64,000 bases of DNA from an uncultured Clostridia bacterium (GTDB taxonomy: Bacteria; Bacillota; Clostridia; UMGS1883), in NCBI GenBank assembly GCA_947626145.1, contig CANQRB010000006.1, forward strand, positions 11 to 64,010, in the 5' to 3' direction. The notes beneath the pieces were generated by a model. The model did not search any database. It worked only from the letters and a program-made list of their open reading frames with translations, and was not told the DNA's origin. The stretch's first letter is position 1; each line of letters starts with the position of its first letter. The position numbers and the translations under genes are program-made. Shown here one piece after another: positions 48,824 through 57,423 of this stretch.

Positions 48824-49762
48824 CTAATCTGTTATTTTCTCCGCCACCCGGAGCTTACTGCTCCTGGCTCGGGGATTTATCTCCAGCTCCCGGCCGGAGG
48901 GAGTGACCGGCTTGCGGGTCAAAACTCTGACCGTCGGCCTTTGGCCGCAGACGCACACCGGAAAATCCTTGGGACACACGCAGCCCCGCTCAAGGGCGGC
49001 AAAGGTATTTTTGACTATCCTGTCCTCAAGGCTGTGGAAGGTGATCACCGCCATGCGTCCGCCCTTTTTCAGGGCTCCGACGCCGGCGCGGACCGCGCCC
49101 TCCAGAATTTCCAGCTCGCCGTTGACCTCTATTCTTATGGCCTGAAAGGTCCGCTTCGCCGGATGGGGGCCGTCCTTGCGGGCGCCCGCCGGTATGGCGG
49201 CCTTTATCACGTCCACCAGCTCAAAGGTGGTCTCGATAGGCCTCTGCTTTCGTCTTTCGTCGATAAAACGGGCTATGCGCGAAGCCCAGCGTTCCTCGCC
49301 CAGCTCGCTTATCACCCGGAACAGCTCCTCCTCGGAGTAGCCGTTCACCACATCCCGGGCCGTTATGCCTCCGGATGTATCCATCCTCATATCCAGCGGA
49401 GCGTCGCTCATGTAGGAGAAGCCCCTCTCGGGCCTGTCCAACTGCGGGGAGGACACTCCCAGATCGGCCACAATGCCATCGGGGCGGCCAAGTCCTCTTT
49501 CTTCAAGGATATTTTCTATGCGCTTAAAATTGTCGTGAACGGGTATGAACCTGCCGCCCAGCTCCGCAAAACGGCGTTTACAGAACTCGATGGCGTCAGC
49601 ATCCCGGTCGATGCCCACGACTGTGCCGCCCCTGTCCAATATCATTGCGCTGTGGCCCCCGCCCCCAAGGGTGAAGTCCACATACAGCCCGCCGGGCCGC
49701 ACATTGAGCCGGTCGACGGTTTCCTCCGCCAGCACCGTAATATGCTCGAACTCTCCGGCCAT
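48824..49762 (-). CDS. rsmH: 16S rRNA (cytosine1402-N4)-methyltransferase
   Basis: 312 aa from ATG 49762, with SD GAGGTG 6 nt upstream. Motifs HITVLAEE and DFTLGGGGHS. Confidence 0.93.
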   Translation of the reverse strand: MAGEFEHITVLAEETVDRLNVRPGGLYVDFTLGGGGHSAMILDRGGTVVGIDRDADAIEFCKRRFAELGGRFIPVHDNFKRIENILEERGLGRPDGIVADLGVSSPQLDRPERGFSYMSDAPLDMRMDTSGGITARDVVNGYSEEELFRVISELGEERWASRIARFIDERRKQRPIETTFELVDVIKAAIPAGARKDGPHPAKRTFQAIRIEVNGELEILEGAVRAGVGALKKGGRMAVITFHSLEDRIVKNTFAALERGCVCPKDFPVCVCGQRPTVRVLTRKPVTPSGRELEINPRARSSKLRVAEKITD

Positions 49763-49823
49763 GGCCGCACCTCGTTTCAATATCTGTGTAGCGCCCGGCA
49801 TTTGACTGCCCGCGCCCGCCGCC

Positions 49824-50330
49824 TTACCACATGAGCTTGTCCAGCTCCTCGGCGGCCTCCTCAATGCTCATATTATCCGCGTTATAGTCGTCCCACCGCT
49901 GCTGATCCCAGATCTCCACATGGTCGCCCACGCCAAGGATAACCACGTCCCTGGTGAGGCCGGCGTACTGGCGGTGAGGGGGAGAAATAAGTATCTTGCC
50001 CTGCTTGTCCGGCTCGGGCCTGTCCGCCCCGGAAAGGAAGGTACGCTGCATAAAACGGGCGGCTCTGTTGGTGGATGGCAGCTTCTTTATTTTGGCGCTG
50101 AAGGCGGCCCAGCTCTCTCTGTCAAAAACCGAAAGCGAGCCCTCGTAGCCATTGGTGACATAAAAGCCCTCGCCCAGCGCCTCGCGGAATTTCACGGGCA
50201 GGGTTATGCGGCCCTTGGAGTCCATGCTGAAGAAATATTTGCCGATAAATTCCTTTTCCTGCGGCGTGTTCTGTTGGTCTTCCGTATTTTGAGAAGTATT
50301 TTCCTTTTTTTCATTTATTTCTTCATCCAT
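49824..50330 (-). CDS. mraZ: Transcriptional regulator MraZ (with ~27-aa acidic/polar N-terminal extension)
   Basis: 168 aa with two SpoVT-AbrB-like repeats (DSKGRITLP, DKQGKILIS). There is no canonical start codon nearer the conserved core. Confidence 0.9.
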   Translation of the reverse strand: MDEEINEKKENTSQNTEDQQNTPQEKEFIGKYFFSMDSKGRITLPVKFREALGEGFYVTNGYEGSLSVFDRESWAAFSAKIKKLPSTNRAARFMQRTFLSGADRPEPDKQGKILISPPHRQYAGLTRDVVILGVGDHVEIWDQQRWDDYNADNMSIEEAAEELDKLMW

Positions 50331-50385
50331 GGACTATTCACCGCCTATCCGTCACAAATTTGCATTTAGTTGCACCTACAGTAAT

Positions 50386-50414
50386 ATTTTACACTCTTTG
50401 TCCCAAAATTGCAA
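50386..50414 (-). promoter_or_regulatory. Putative sigma-A promoter of the dcw cluster (mraZ)
   Basis: Minus strand reads TTGCAA, 17-bp spacer, TAAAAT, ~55 nt upstream of the mraZ ATG. Confidence 0.55.
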
Positions 50415-50613
50415 CCCCTTTTTATAAATTTTTTTAAAAATTTTTTACCGGAATTTTTATACATTATTCGTCATTTTTTGCAGCAGCATACGTTTTTTCA
50501 TGCTGCAGCGCCGAAGCATAGAAAATTGCACGCTCACCTTTTCCATACTCTCTATAAAAAAAGTGCCCTCTTGTTTTTTCGTCCGCAAACGAGTATAATA
50601 TATACAGCGGATA

Positions 50614-50642
50614 TTGACAAAATTACAGACACATTATATAAT
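50614..50642 (+). promoter_or_regulatory. Consensus sigma-A promoter of copA
   Basis: TTGACA, 17-bp spacer, TATAAT, 22 nt upstream of ATG 50664. Confidence 0.65.
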
Positions 50643-50663
50643 ATATTTATAAGGGGCGATTAC

Positions 50664-52844
50664 ATGAGGAAAAATTTTGACATTACAGGCATGAGCTGCA
50701 GCGCGTGCAGCGCCCGTGTGGAAAACGTGGTCGGCAAGCTGGACGGCGTGAGGAGCGTGGCGGTGAGCCTGCTGCGGAACACCATGTGCGTGGACTATGA
50801 CGAAAGCGCCGTCAGTCCGGAAAAAATCATCGCGGCCGTCACCGGCGCGGGCTATGGGGCCTATCCCGAGGGAACCGGCCCGGCAAGGAACGCCGGGGAC
50901 GAGATAAGGCTCATGGGGCGGCGGCTGGCCGCATCCGCAGTTCTGCTCGTGATTTTGATGTATTTTTCCATGGGGCATATGTTCGGTCTGCCGATGCCTG
51001 CCGAAAATCCGGCGGCGCTGGGGCTGATACAGCTTGTGCTGACCGCTCCGATACTCATCATAAACCGGAAATATTTTGTCAACGGCTTCAAGGCCCTGTT
51101 CAGGAGGTCGCCAAACATGGATTCTCTGGTGGCTTTGGGGGCGGCGGCCTCGGTTGGCTACAGCCTTTACGCCATGATACGGATATTCATGGGAGAAGGG
51201 CATTTTCTTCACGACCTGTACTTTGAGGGTGCGGCCATGATAGTGACTCTCATCTCCCTTGGCAAATTTCTGGAGGCCCGCTCCAAGCGGCACACCGGCG
51301 ACGCTATTGAAAAGCTGGTGGGCCTGACGCCAAAAACCGCCCGTCTGCTCCGTAACGGAGAAGAGGTCGAGGTGCCCGTGGGTCAGGTGGAGGTGGGCGA
51401 CATCCTCATTGTCCGCGGGGGCGAAAGCGTACCCGTGGACGGCGCCGTGGTCAGCGGCAGCGGCAGCGTGGACGAGTCGGCCATCACCGGCGAAAGCATA
51501 CCCGTATCCAAAAAGGAGGGCGACAGCCTCATCGGCGCGACGGTGGTATCCAGCGGCTACTTCCGGCTTCGGGCAGAGCGTGTGGGTCCGGACACCACTC
51601 TATCGCAAATAATCAAGCTGGTTGAGGAGGCCGGCAGCTCCAAGGCCCCCATCTCAAAGCTTGCGGATCGGGTGAGCGGCGTCTTTGTGCCCGTGGTCAT
51701 CTCAATAGCCATAGTCACCTTCATAATATGGATGCTGGCGGGAGCCGGTCTTGGCAAGGCCCTGACCTTCGCCATCGCCGTGCTGGTCATTTCATGCCCC
51801 TGCGCGCTGGGGCTGGCCACGCCCACGGCCATAATGGTCGGCACCGGAAAGGGCGCCGAAAAGGGCATACTCATCAAGTCCGCCGAGGCCCTTGAAACCC
51901 TGCGGGCGGTGAAGTCCGTAGTGCTGGACAAGACCGGCACCGTTACCGTGGGACGGCCCGCCGTTACCCGAGTGATAATGGAGCCGGAGGATCTGCCTAT
52001 GGCGGCGGCGGTGGAGGCCATGTCGGGACATCCCCTTTCTCTGGCCGTCACCGAATATGCCAAAAGCGAGGGCATAGAATGTCCGCCGGCCGAAAAATTC
52101 AGCGCCCCCGAGGGACTTGGCATCTCGGCCGAGGTTCGGGGCCAAACGGTTATTGCCGGCAACCTCAGAATGATGGAGGAATACGGCGTGGACGTTTCGG
52201 CTTACGCCGCCGAGGCGGAGGCCGCCGCCAACGAAGGCGAAACTCCGCTGTACTTTGCCCGTGACGGCAAGGCCATGGGGCTAATAACCGTGGCCGACCC
52301 AATCAAGGAGGACAGCGCGGCGGCCGTCGCCGCCATGAAGGAGCTGGGCCTGCGTGTGATTATGGTCACCGGCGACAATGAAAAAACCGCCCGGGCAATA
52401 GCCGCGCGGGCGGGTATAGACGAGGTCATAGCCGGTGTGCTCCCCGCCGGCAAGGAAGGCAAAATCCGCGATCTCCAGCGGGAGGGCCGGGTGGCCATGG
52501 TGGGCGACGGAATAAACGACGCTCCGGCCATGACCCGGGCCGACGTAGGACTGGCCATCGGCGGCGGCACGGACGTGGCCATCGAGGCGGCGGACATAGT
52601 GCTAATGCGCAGCTCGCTAATGGACGCAGCCGACGCCTTCCGCCTCAGCCGTGCCACCATCCGCAACATCCGTCAGAACCTGTTCTGGGCCTTTTTCTAC
52701 AACGTGATCGGCATTCCTGTGGCCGCCGGAGCGTTGTACGTTCCCCTGGGTCTTAAGCTCAGTCCCATGCTGGCCGCGGCGGCCATGAGCTTCAGCTCGG
52801 TATTTGTGGTCACCAACGCCCTGCGGCTCAGGAAATTCAAATAA
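50664..52844 (+). CDS. copA: Copper-translocating P1B-type ATPase
   Basis: 726 aa from ATG 50664. N-terminal [12 protein letters not shown] metal-binding domain, CPC motif (SCPCALG), DKTGT and GDGINDAP. Confidence 0.93.
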   Translation: MRKNFDITGMSCSACSARVENVVGKLDGVRSVAVSLLRNTMCVDYDESAVSPEKIIAAVTGAGYGAYPEGTGPARNAGDEIRLMGRRLAASAVLLVILMYFSMGHMFGLPMPAENPAALGLIQLVLTAPILIINRKYFVNGFKALFRRSPNMDSLVALGAAASVGYSLYAMIRIFMGEGHFLHDLYFEGAAMIVTLISLGKFLEARSKRHTGDAIEKLVGLTPKTARLLRNGEEVEVPVGQVEVGDILIVRGGESVPVDGAVVSGSGSVDESAITGESIPVSKKEGDSLIGATVVSSGYFRLRAERVGPDTTLSQIIKLVEEAGSSKAPISKLADRVSGVFVPVVISIAIVTFIIWMLAGAGLGKALTFAIAVLVISCPCALGLATPTAIMVGTGKGAEKGILIKSAEALETLRAVKSVVLDKTGTVTVGRPAVTRVIMEPEDLPMAAAVEAMSGHPLSLAVTEYAKSEGIECPPAEKFSAPEGLGISAEVRGQTVIAGNLRMMEEYGVDVSAYAAEAEAAANEGETPLYFARDGKAMGLITVADPIKEDSAAAVAAMKELGLRVIMVTGDNEKTARAIAARAGIDEVIAGVLPAGKEGKIRDLQREGRVAMVGDGINDAPAMTRADVGLAIGGGTDVAIEAADIVLMRSSLMDAADAFRLSRATIRNIRQNLFWAFFYNVIGIPVAAGALYVPLGLKLSPMLAAAAMSFSSVFVVTNALRLRKFK

Positions 52845-52867
52845 AAGATAAAAAAGGAGGGTGCTCC

Positions 52868-53455
52868 ATGAACGTATACGACTTTGACAACACAATTTAC
52901 AACGGTGAAAGTGTGTTTGATTTTTATATCTACTGCGTCAGGCGGTACCCCTCTCTGTTGAAATACCTGTTCATCATCCTGATTGCCTGGCTCCGGTACA
53001 AGCTGCTCATACTCAGTCGGGAAAGGCTGATGGCATTGGCGGAAAAGTACGCCGCCGAGTTTTTCCGAAAGGTGCGGAACGTAGAGAATATGGTCAGCGG
53101 CTTCTGGGACATTAAAGAGAAGAAAATAAAGAAGTTTTATCTGAAGGCCCACAGGGACGACGACGTGGTGGTTTCCGCCTCGGTGAGCTTCCTGTTGGAC
53201 GAGATCTGCGCCAGACTTGGGATAAAGCACTGCATCTGCTCCCATGTGGACACGGTTACGGGCCGTGTGGGCTCCCTGTGCTTCGGCCAGAACAAGCCCG
53301 GGCTGTTCCTGGCCAGCTTTCCGGAGGGACACATCGCCAACTTCTATTCGGACTCCATGAACGACGTCCCGATGATGAAGATGGCCGACCGGGCTTATTT
53401 GGTGAGGGGCGAAAAGCTTATGCCCGTGCCGAAAGAAAAACTTGAATTGAAATGA
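52868..53455 (+). CDS. HAD-IB family hydrolase/phosphatase
   Basis: 195 aa; motif I VYDFDNTIY and motif IV YSDSMNDVP. Confidence 0.8.
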   Translation: MNVYDFDNTIYNGESVFDFYIYCVRRYPSLLKYLFIILIAWLRYKLLILSRERLMALAEKYAAEFFRKVRNVENMVSGFWDIKEKKIKKFYLKAHRDDDVVVSASVSFLLDEICARLGIKHCICSHVDTVTGRVGSLCFGQNKPGLFLASFPEGHIANFYSDSMNDVPMMKMADRAYLVRGEKLMPVPKEKLELK

Positions 53456-53456
53456 A

Positions 53457-53499
53457 CAAAAAAGATGTGCGGCCAAATATCCGGCCGCACATCTTTTTT
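53457..53499. terminator. Bidirectional intrinsic terminator after the HAD gene
   Basis: AAAAAGATGTGCGGCC-AAATAT-CCGGCCGCACATCTTTTTT. Confidence 0.8.
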
Positions 53500-53519
53500 G
53501 CTGTTATACTTGATTAATA

Positions 53520-53759
53520 CTAATCCCAATTAAAAGCTCTGATAAAGCCTTCCCCTTTGAGGGGAAGGTGGCACAAAGTGCCGGATGAGGTGTAGGATGC
53601 GGAGCATCCGTTATACATTTACGGTTATACTGACGCCGCACAGCGGCTACACCTCATCAGTCGGCTGACGCCGACAGCTTCCCCTCCAGGGGAAGCCTTT
53701 TTAAGCTGTCATTGTTACCATAATAAACTCACATATTTATGATTTTAATTTGGAATTAG
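53520..53759 (+). repeat. Mosaic multi-hairpin repeat, copy 3 (most complete; bounded by 17-bp inverted repeats)
   Basis: The terminal inverted repeats are CTAATCCCAATTAAAAG (53520-53536) and TTTTAATTTGGAATTAG (53743-53759). The core 53547-53697 has six hairpins plus one 12-bp long-range pairing. Confidence 0.8.
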
Positions 53760-53769
53760 TTTAACACGC

Positions 53770-53800
53770 AAAATAAGAGCATACGCAAACCGCACGCTCT
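53770..53800 (-). terminator. Putative intrinsic terminator of rpsT
   Basis: Minus strand reads AGAGCGT-loop-ATGCTCT followed by TATTTT. Confidence 0.5.
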
Positions 53801-53835
53801 GAATTTTGCAGGCAATATGTTGTTTGCCGAGTCCC

Positions 53836-54096
53836 TTACATCGCGGCGAGAGCCGTGGCCAACTGGGACTTCTTGCGGCTGACGGTGTTCTTATGGAACA
53901 CATTCTTGGCCGCGGCCTGATCAAGCTTCTTAACGCAATAGGTGAACTGCGCCTGAGCGGCGGCCTTGTCACCTCCGGCAACGGCGGCGTTGAACTTCTT
54001 GATCTCGGTCTTGATGGCAGACTTGATCATACGGTTCCGAAGAGTCTTCTTCTCGATAACGAGGACTCTTTTCTTCGCAGACTTAATATTAGGCAT
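53836..54096 (-). CDS. rpsT: 30S ribosomal protein S20
   Basis: 86 aa; MPNIKSAKKRV N-terminus. Confidence 0.96.
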   Translation of the reverse strand: MPNIKSAKKRVLVIEKKTLRNRMIKSAIKTEIKKFNAAVAGGDKAAAQAQFTYCVKKLDQAAAKNVFHKNTVSRKKSQLATALAAM

Positions 54097-54152
54097 GGTT
54101 TTTCACCTCCATAACAGGCTTCATAAAATATTCAATCGGTTTTCAAGGTAGT

Positions 54153-54181
54153 ATTATATCACCTTTTACCCGTAAATGCAA
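54153..54181 (-). promoter_or_regulatory. Putative sigma-A promoter of rpsT
   Basis: Minus strand reads TTGCAT, 17-bp spacer, TATAAT. Confidence 0.6.
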
Positions 54182-54227
54182 GGCCTTTTTTGAAAAAATC
54201 CTCAAAAATTTTCCAAAGTAGTCCGCA

Positions 54228-55097
54228 TTACTTTTTTTCGCCGGCTTTTTCTCCGCTGTCCGATTCCCGGTTCTCGCCATAGCCATAACCGTAACCGTAG
54301 CCTCTGCCGTAGCCATAGCCGCCGTAACGGTAACCGCCATAGCGGTAATAGCCCTTGCGCTTATATTTATACTTGTAACCCTCGCCGTCAGCCTCGATGC
54401 CGTTGAAGATGCCGCCCAATATCTTGGCGTTGGCCAGCCGCAGCTGTTCGACAGCCTCGGAAACGGCGCCCTTGTCGGTCTGGTTATAGTGGGCCAGCAA
54501 CAGCACGCCGCTGCAATACTTGGTGAGCACGGCGGTGTCCGTTACCGCCAGCACGGGAGGAGTGTCAATGAACACATAGTCATACTCCTGACTGAGGGTC
54601 TCGATTACCTCCTGCATACGGGAAGAGTCCAAAAGCTCGGAGGGGTTGGGCGGTATCTCACCGCTGACCAGCACGTCCAGATTTTCACGGACATTGCGGC
54701 GGATGGCGGACTTGAGATCGGTCATTCTTACCAAAACATTGGAAAGACCGGGCTTTTGAGGCACGTCAAGAAGGTTGGCTATATTGGGACGGCGAAGGTC
54801 GCAGTCCACGATGATGACCTTCTTATTGGTCTCGGCAAAGGATATAGCCGTGTTTACGCAAGTCGTGCTCTTGCCCTCACTGGCAAGGGAGCTGGTGATG
54901 ATTATTTTATTGCTCTTCTCCTCAGGCAGTGAAAACAGGATATTGGTGCGCAGAGCCTTGTAGGCCTCCTTTATCTGGAAAGGGGTCTTGTCGTTCAGGA
55001 TATAGAGACGCTTTTCTTCGATTGTCATGCTGTCGGCCACAGCCTGACGGCTGCGCTTTTCAAGGCCAAGCATTTTCCTGATGGATCTTTTTTTCAT
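54228..55097 (-). CDS. CpsD/CapB-family bacterial tyrosine (BY) kinase with long Gly/Tyr-rich tail
   Basis: 289 aa. Walker A SLASEGKST, Walker A' VIIVDCDLRRP, Walker B YVFIDTPP. The C-terminal tail carries 14 Tyr within 35 aa. Confidence 0.9.
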   Translation of the reverse strand: MKKRSIRKMLGLEKRSRQAVADSMTIEEKRLYILNDKTPFQIKEAYKALRTNILFSLPEEKSNKIIITSSLASEGKSTTCVNTAISFAETNKKVIIVDCDLRRPNIANLLDVPQKPGLSNVLVRMTDLKSAIRRNVRENLDVLVSGEIPPNPSELLDSSRMQEVIETLSQEYDYVFIDTPPVLAVTDTAVLTKYCSGVLLLAHYNQTDKGAVSEAVEQLRLANAKILGGIFNGIEADGEGYKYKYKRKGYYRYGGYRYGGYGYGRGYGYGYGYGENRESDSGEKAGEKK

Positions 55098-55100
55098 AGC

Positions 55101-55889
55101 TTACCTTCTGCCTCCCGATTTTTCTGATTTGTTGTCGCTCTGCCCCTTGGCGGCGGTCTCGGCCGGGTCTATTTTGATACTCTGTATCATACCCAGCACG
55201 GGAGCGTCCATGGCCTTGACAAAATCCTCGGTTTTCTTGATACGGGTATCAAGGAAATATATGGCCAGAACAACGGCGGAGCTCAGCACAAAGCCGGCAA
55301 GGAAGCCGATAAGGGCGTTCCGCTTGTTGCTGGGATAGGACTTTCGCATGGGGTCAACGGCATAGTCGATTATGGTAGTAGTGGCGCCCTCGATGTGCTC
55401 GGTTATCTCCGAGGTGCTGCTCTGGGCAACGGCGTTGGCGATCTCGGCCACGTCAAACTGCTCGGCGCCGGTGACGGTTATGGCGAATATACCCGTGTCC
55501 TCGATGAGCTGAGTGCTCACCATATCCAGCAGCTCCTCCGGGGTGTAGCCCGTCAGGCCGCCCTCGTCAATGGCGCGCTGCATTACGGGTTTTATGTTTA
55601 CAAATTCCTGATATGTCGGCACCAGCTCCGCCGAGGTGGTTATCTGCGATCGGGAGATCGACTCGGCGTAGGTATTGGACTTGCGGTTGTTAACGTACAG
55701 GATGACCTGAGCCTGATACAGCGGCGTGATAAGGAAGCTGCTTATGCCATAGGCCAGCACCGCTCCGAACAGAGAGGCGGCGACTATCCAGGCCAGCTTG
55801 CTTCTGAGTGCGCTGAATATTTCGAGCAGGTCTATGCTGACCTCCTCTTCCTCCTCCTCAAGCTCAACATCCTTTTCCTCAAGGTTCAT
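55101..55889 (-). CDS. Wzz/CapA-type polysaccharide co-polymerase (BY-kinase transmembrane modulator)
   Basis: 262 aa with two TM helices flanking an extracytoplasmic Wzz-like domain. There is a 3-nt gap to the kinase gene. Confidence 0.85.
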   Translation of the reverse strand: MNLEEKDVELEEEEEEVSIDLLEIFSALRSKLAWIVAASLFGAVLAYGISSFLITPLYQAQVILYVNNRKSNTYAESISRSQITTSAELVPTYQEFVNIKPVMQRAIDEGGLTGYTPEELLDMVSTQLIEDTGIFAITVTGAEQFDVAEIANAVAQSSTSEITEHIEGATTTIIDYAVDPMRKSYPSNKRNALIGFLAGFVLSSAVVLAIYFLDTRIKKTEDFVKAMDAPVLGMIQSIKIDPAETAAKGQSDNKSEKSGGRR

Positions 55890-55919
55890 CTTTCCACCAT
55901 CCTTATTTAACGCTTAAGT

Positions 55920-57197
55920 CTACATATCCGTCAAGGGGTTTATTACAATACCCGTGACGAGCTTGGGATAGAAATATGTTGACTTTTGCGGCATTTTTTC
56001 GTTCACCAGTGAAATATCCTTAATCTGGCTCACCTTTGTACCATTGAGGAGGAATACACAGTCGGCCTGTCCGCCGTCCACGGCGGCGAAGCCCTCCTCC
56101 GGATCACGGGTATAGGTGAGATTTATCTGCTTTGCCATGTTTTCCTTGTCTATTTTGAGAACCTTCTCAAGAATGAGGGTGTGCAGCACGCTCACGTCCA
56201 GGCCGCGGTATTCCGGGCCCTTGTCGGGCAGAGCGGCTTCCATGGCGGCGGCGTCCCTCAGCACAAGCAGCCGGCACTTGCCGCCGAAGTACAGGACAAA
56301 GGCGTTGCGTCCGGCGTTTTCCGCCAAGACCTTTTCCGCTCCGTCCCGCTCAATCTCGGTGACGTCGAAGTCCGCCTTAACGGCCTCGACCAGTTTTTCG
56401 CCGTCAAAGCCCTCTATTCCCCGGACAATGCGGTGAGTGGGGAAAACCACCAGTCCCGGGTCGCTCATGTCCACAAGGAACATCATGCAGTACTTCCACA
56501 AATCGCCCTGGGCGCCCTTTTCCTCCATATAACGCCTGTAGTTCAGGGCGGTCTCATAGCGGTGGTGTCCATCGGCGATAAAGAGCTGCTTGTCCTCGAA
56601 GAGGCGGCTTATCTCACCGGTGACCTCCGGATCGGAAACCACCCACACATTCTGACGCAGCCCGTCAAAGGCCACAAAGCTAAGATCGGGCTCCCTCTCC
56701 GACAACCGCCCTATGAGCGCGGGCAGCCGGCCGCTCCTGTCATTGTAAAGGGAATATATCTGGCTGAAGTTGCAGCCGGTGGCCTTCATAAGCTCAAACC
56801 GGTCAGCCTTCGCCTTGGAAAGGGTCTCCTCGTGGGGCAGAACCTTTTTCTCGGAAAACTCGCTGAGCTCAACGGCGGCAATTATGCCCTTAAGGGACAT
56901 TTCCCTGCCGGCGTGGGTAAATATTTCTTCGTATATATAGAAGCAGGGCTTATCGTCCCTGACCAGCACTCCCCCGTCCAGCATACGCCGGAGCTCGGCG
57001 GCGGCCCGGGTATAGCGGTTGTCGGAGTCGGTGTCCCCGGGGAACTGATAGCCGTATTCCAGCCTGATAACGTTGTCCCGATCCCTGTTGTAAAACTCCT
57101 CCTGCTCCCGCGGGGAAATGATGTCATAAGGCGGGGTAGTGACTCTCGCCATATCCTTACCCGAATAGCGGAGCCCTCTGAAGGGTATAACTGCCAT
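55920..57197 (-). CDS. DUF1015 domain-containing protein
   Basis: 425 aa. The N-terminus MAVIPFRGLRYS...TPPYDIIS is typical of that family (recognised from memory). 30 nt upstream of wzz. Confidence 0.75.
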   Translation of the reverse strand: MAVIPFRGLRYSGKDMARVTTPPYDIISPREQEEFYNRDRDNVIRLEYGYQFPGDTDSDNRYTRAAAELRRMLDGGVLVRDDKPCFYIYEEIFTHAGREMSLKGIIAAVELSEFSEKKVLPHEETLSKAKADRFELMKATGCNFSQIYSLYNDRSGRLPALIGRLSEREPDLSFVAFDGLRQNVWVVSDPEVTGEISRLFEDKQLFIADGHHRYETALNYRRYMEEKGAQGDLWKYCMMFLVDMSDPGLVVFPTHRIVRGIEGFDGEKLVEAVKADFDVTEIERDGAEKVLAENAGRNAFVLYFGGKCRLLVLRDAAAMEAALPDKGPEYRGLDVSVLHTLILEKVLKIDKENMAKQINLTYTRDPEEGFAAVDGGQADCVFLLNGTKVSQIKDISLVNEKMPQKSTYFYPKLVTGIVINPLTDM

Positions 57198-57242
57198 AGC
57201 TCACACTCCTCTGTGCCTGAGCACAAACTGTCACACTACATC

Positions 57243-57271
57243 ATTATACTACAAGTCTCACAAAAAATCAA
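57243..57271 (-). promoter_or_regulatory. Consensus-like promoter of the DUF1015-wzz-BY-kinase operon
   Basis: Minus strand reads TTGATT, 17-bp spacer, TATAAT, ~45 nt upstream of ATG 57197. Confidence 0.6.
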
Positions 57272-57351
57272 GTATAATTTTAAAGATTATGGCAGAAATT
57301 TTAATTTAATTTGCGGCGGCAGCGAAAATATGCGGCCACTTACAGCGTAAA

Positions 57352-57393
57352 AAGCATAAAAAGAAGGAAATTCGCTCAAAAGAACGAATTTCC
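57352..57393 (-). terminator. Intrinsic terminator of glnS
   Basis: Minus strand reads GGAAATTCG-loop-CGAATTTCC followed by TTCTTTTTA. Confidence 0.7.
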
Positions 57394-57423
57394 CACATCA
57401 ATGTTAATTTTATTTAATCCGGA

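Noticed and set aside
50331-50385. MraZ-box repeats (TGGGN-type) in the mraZ leader and promoter.
   Set aside because: Only one TGGGA is present near the -35. The other candidates (GTGTA, TGTAG) do not form a convincing 10-bp-phased triple repeat.
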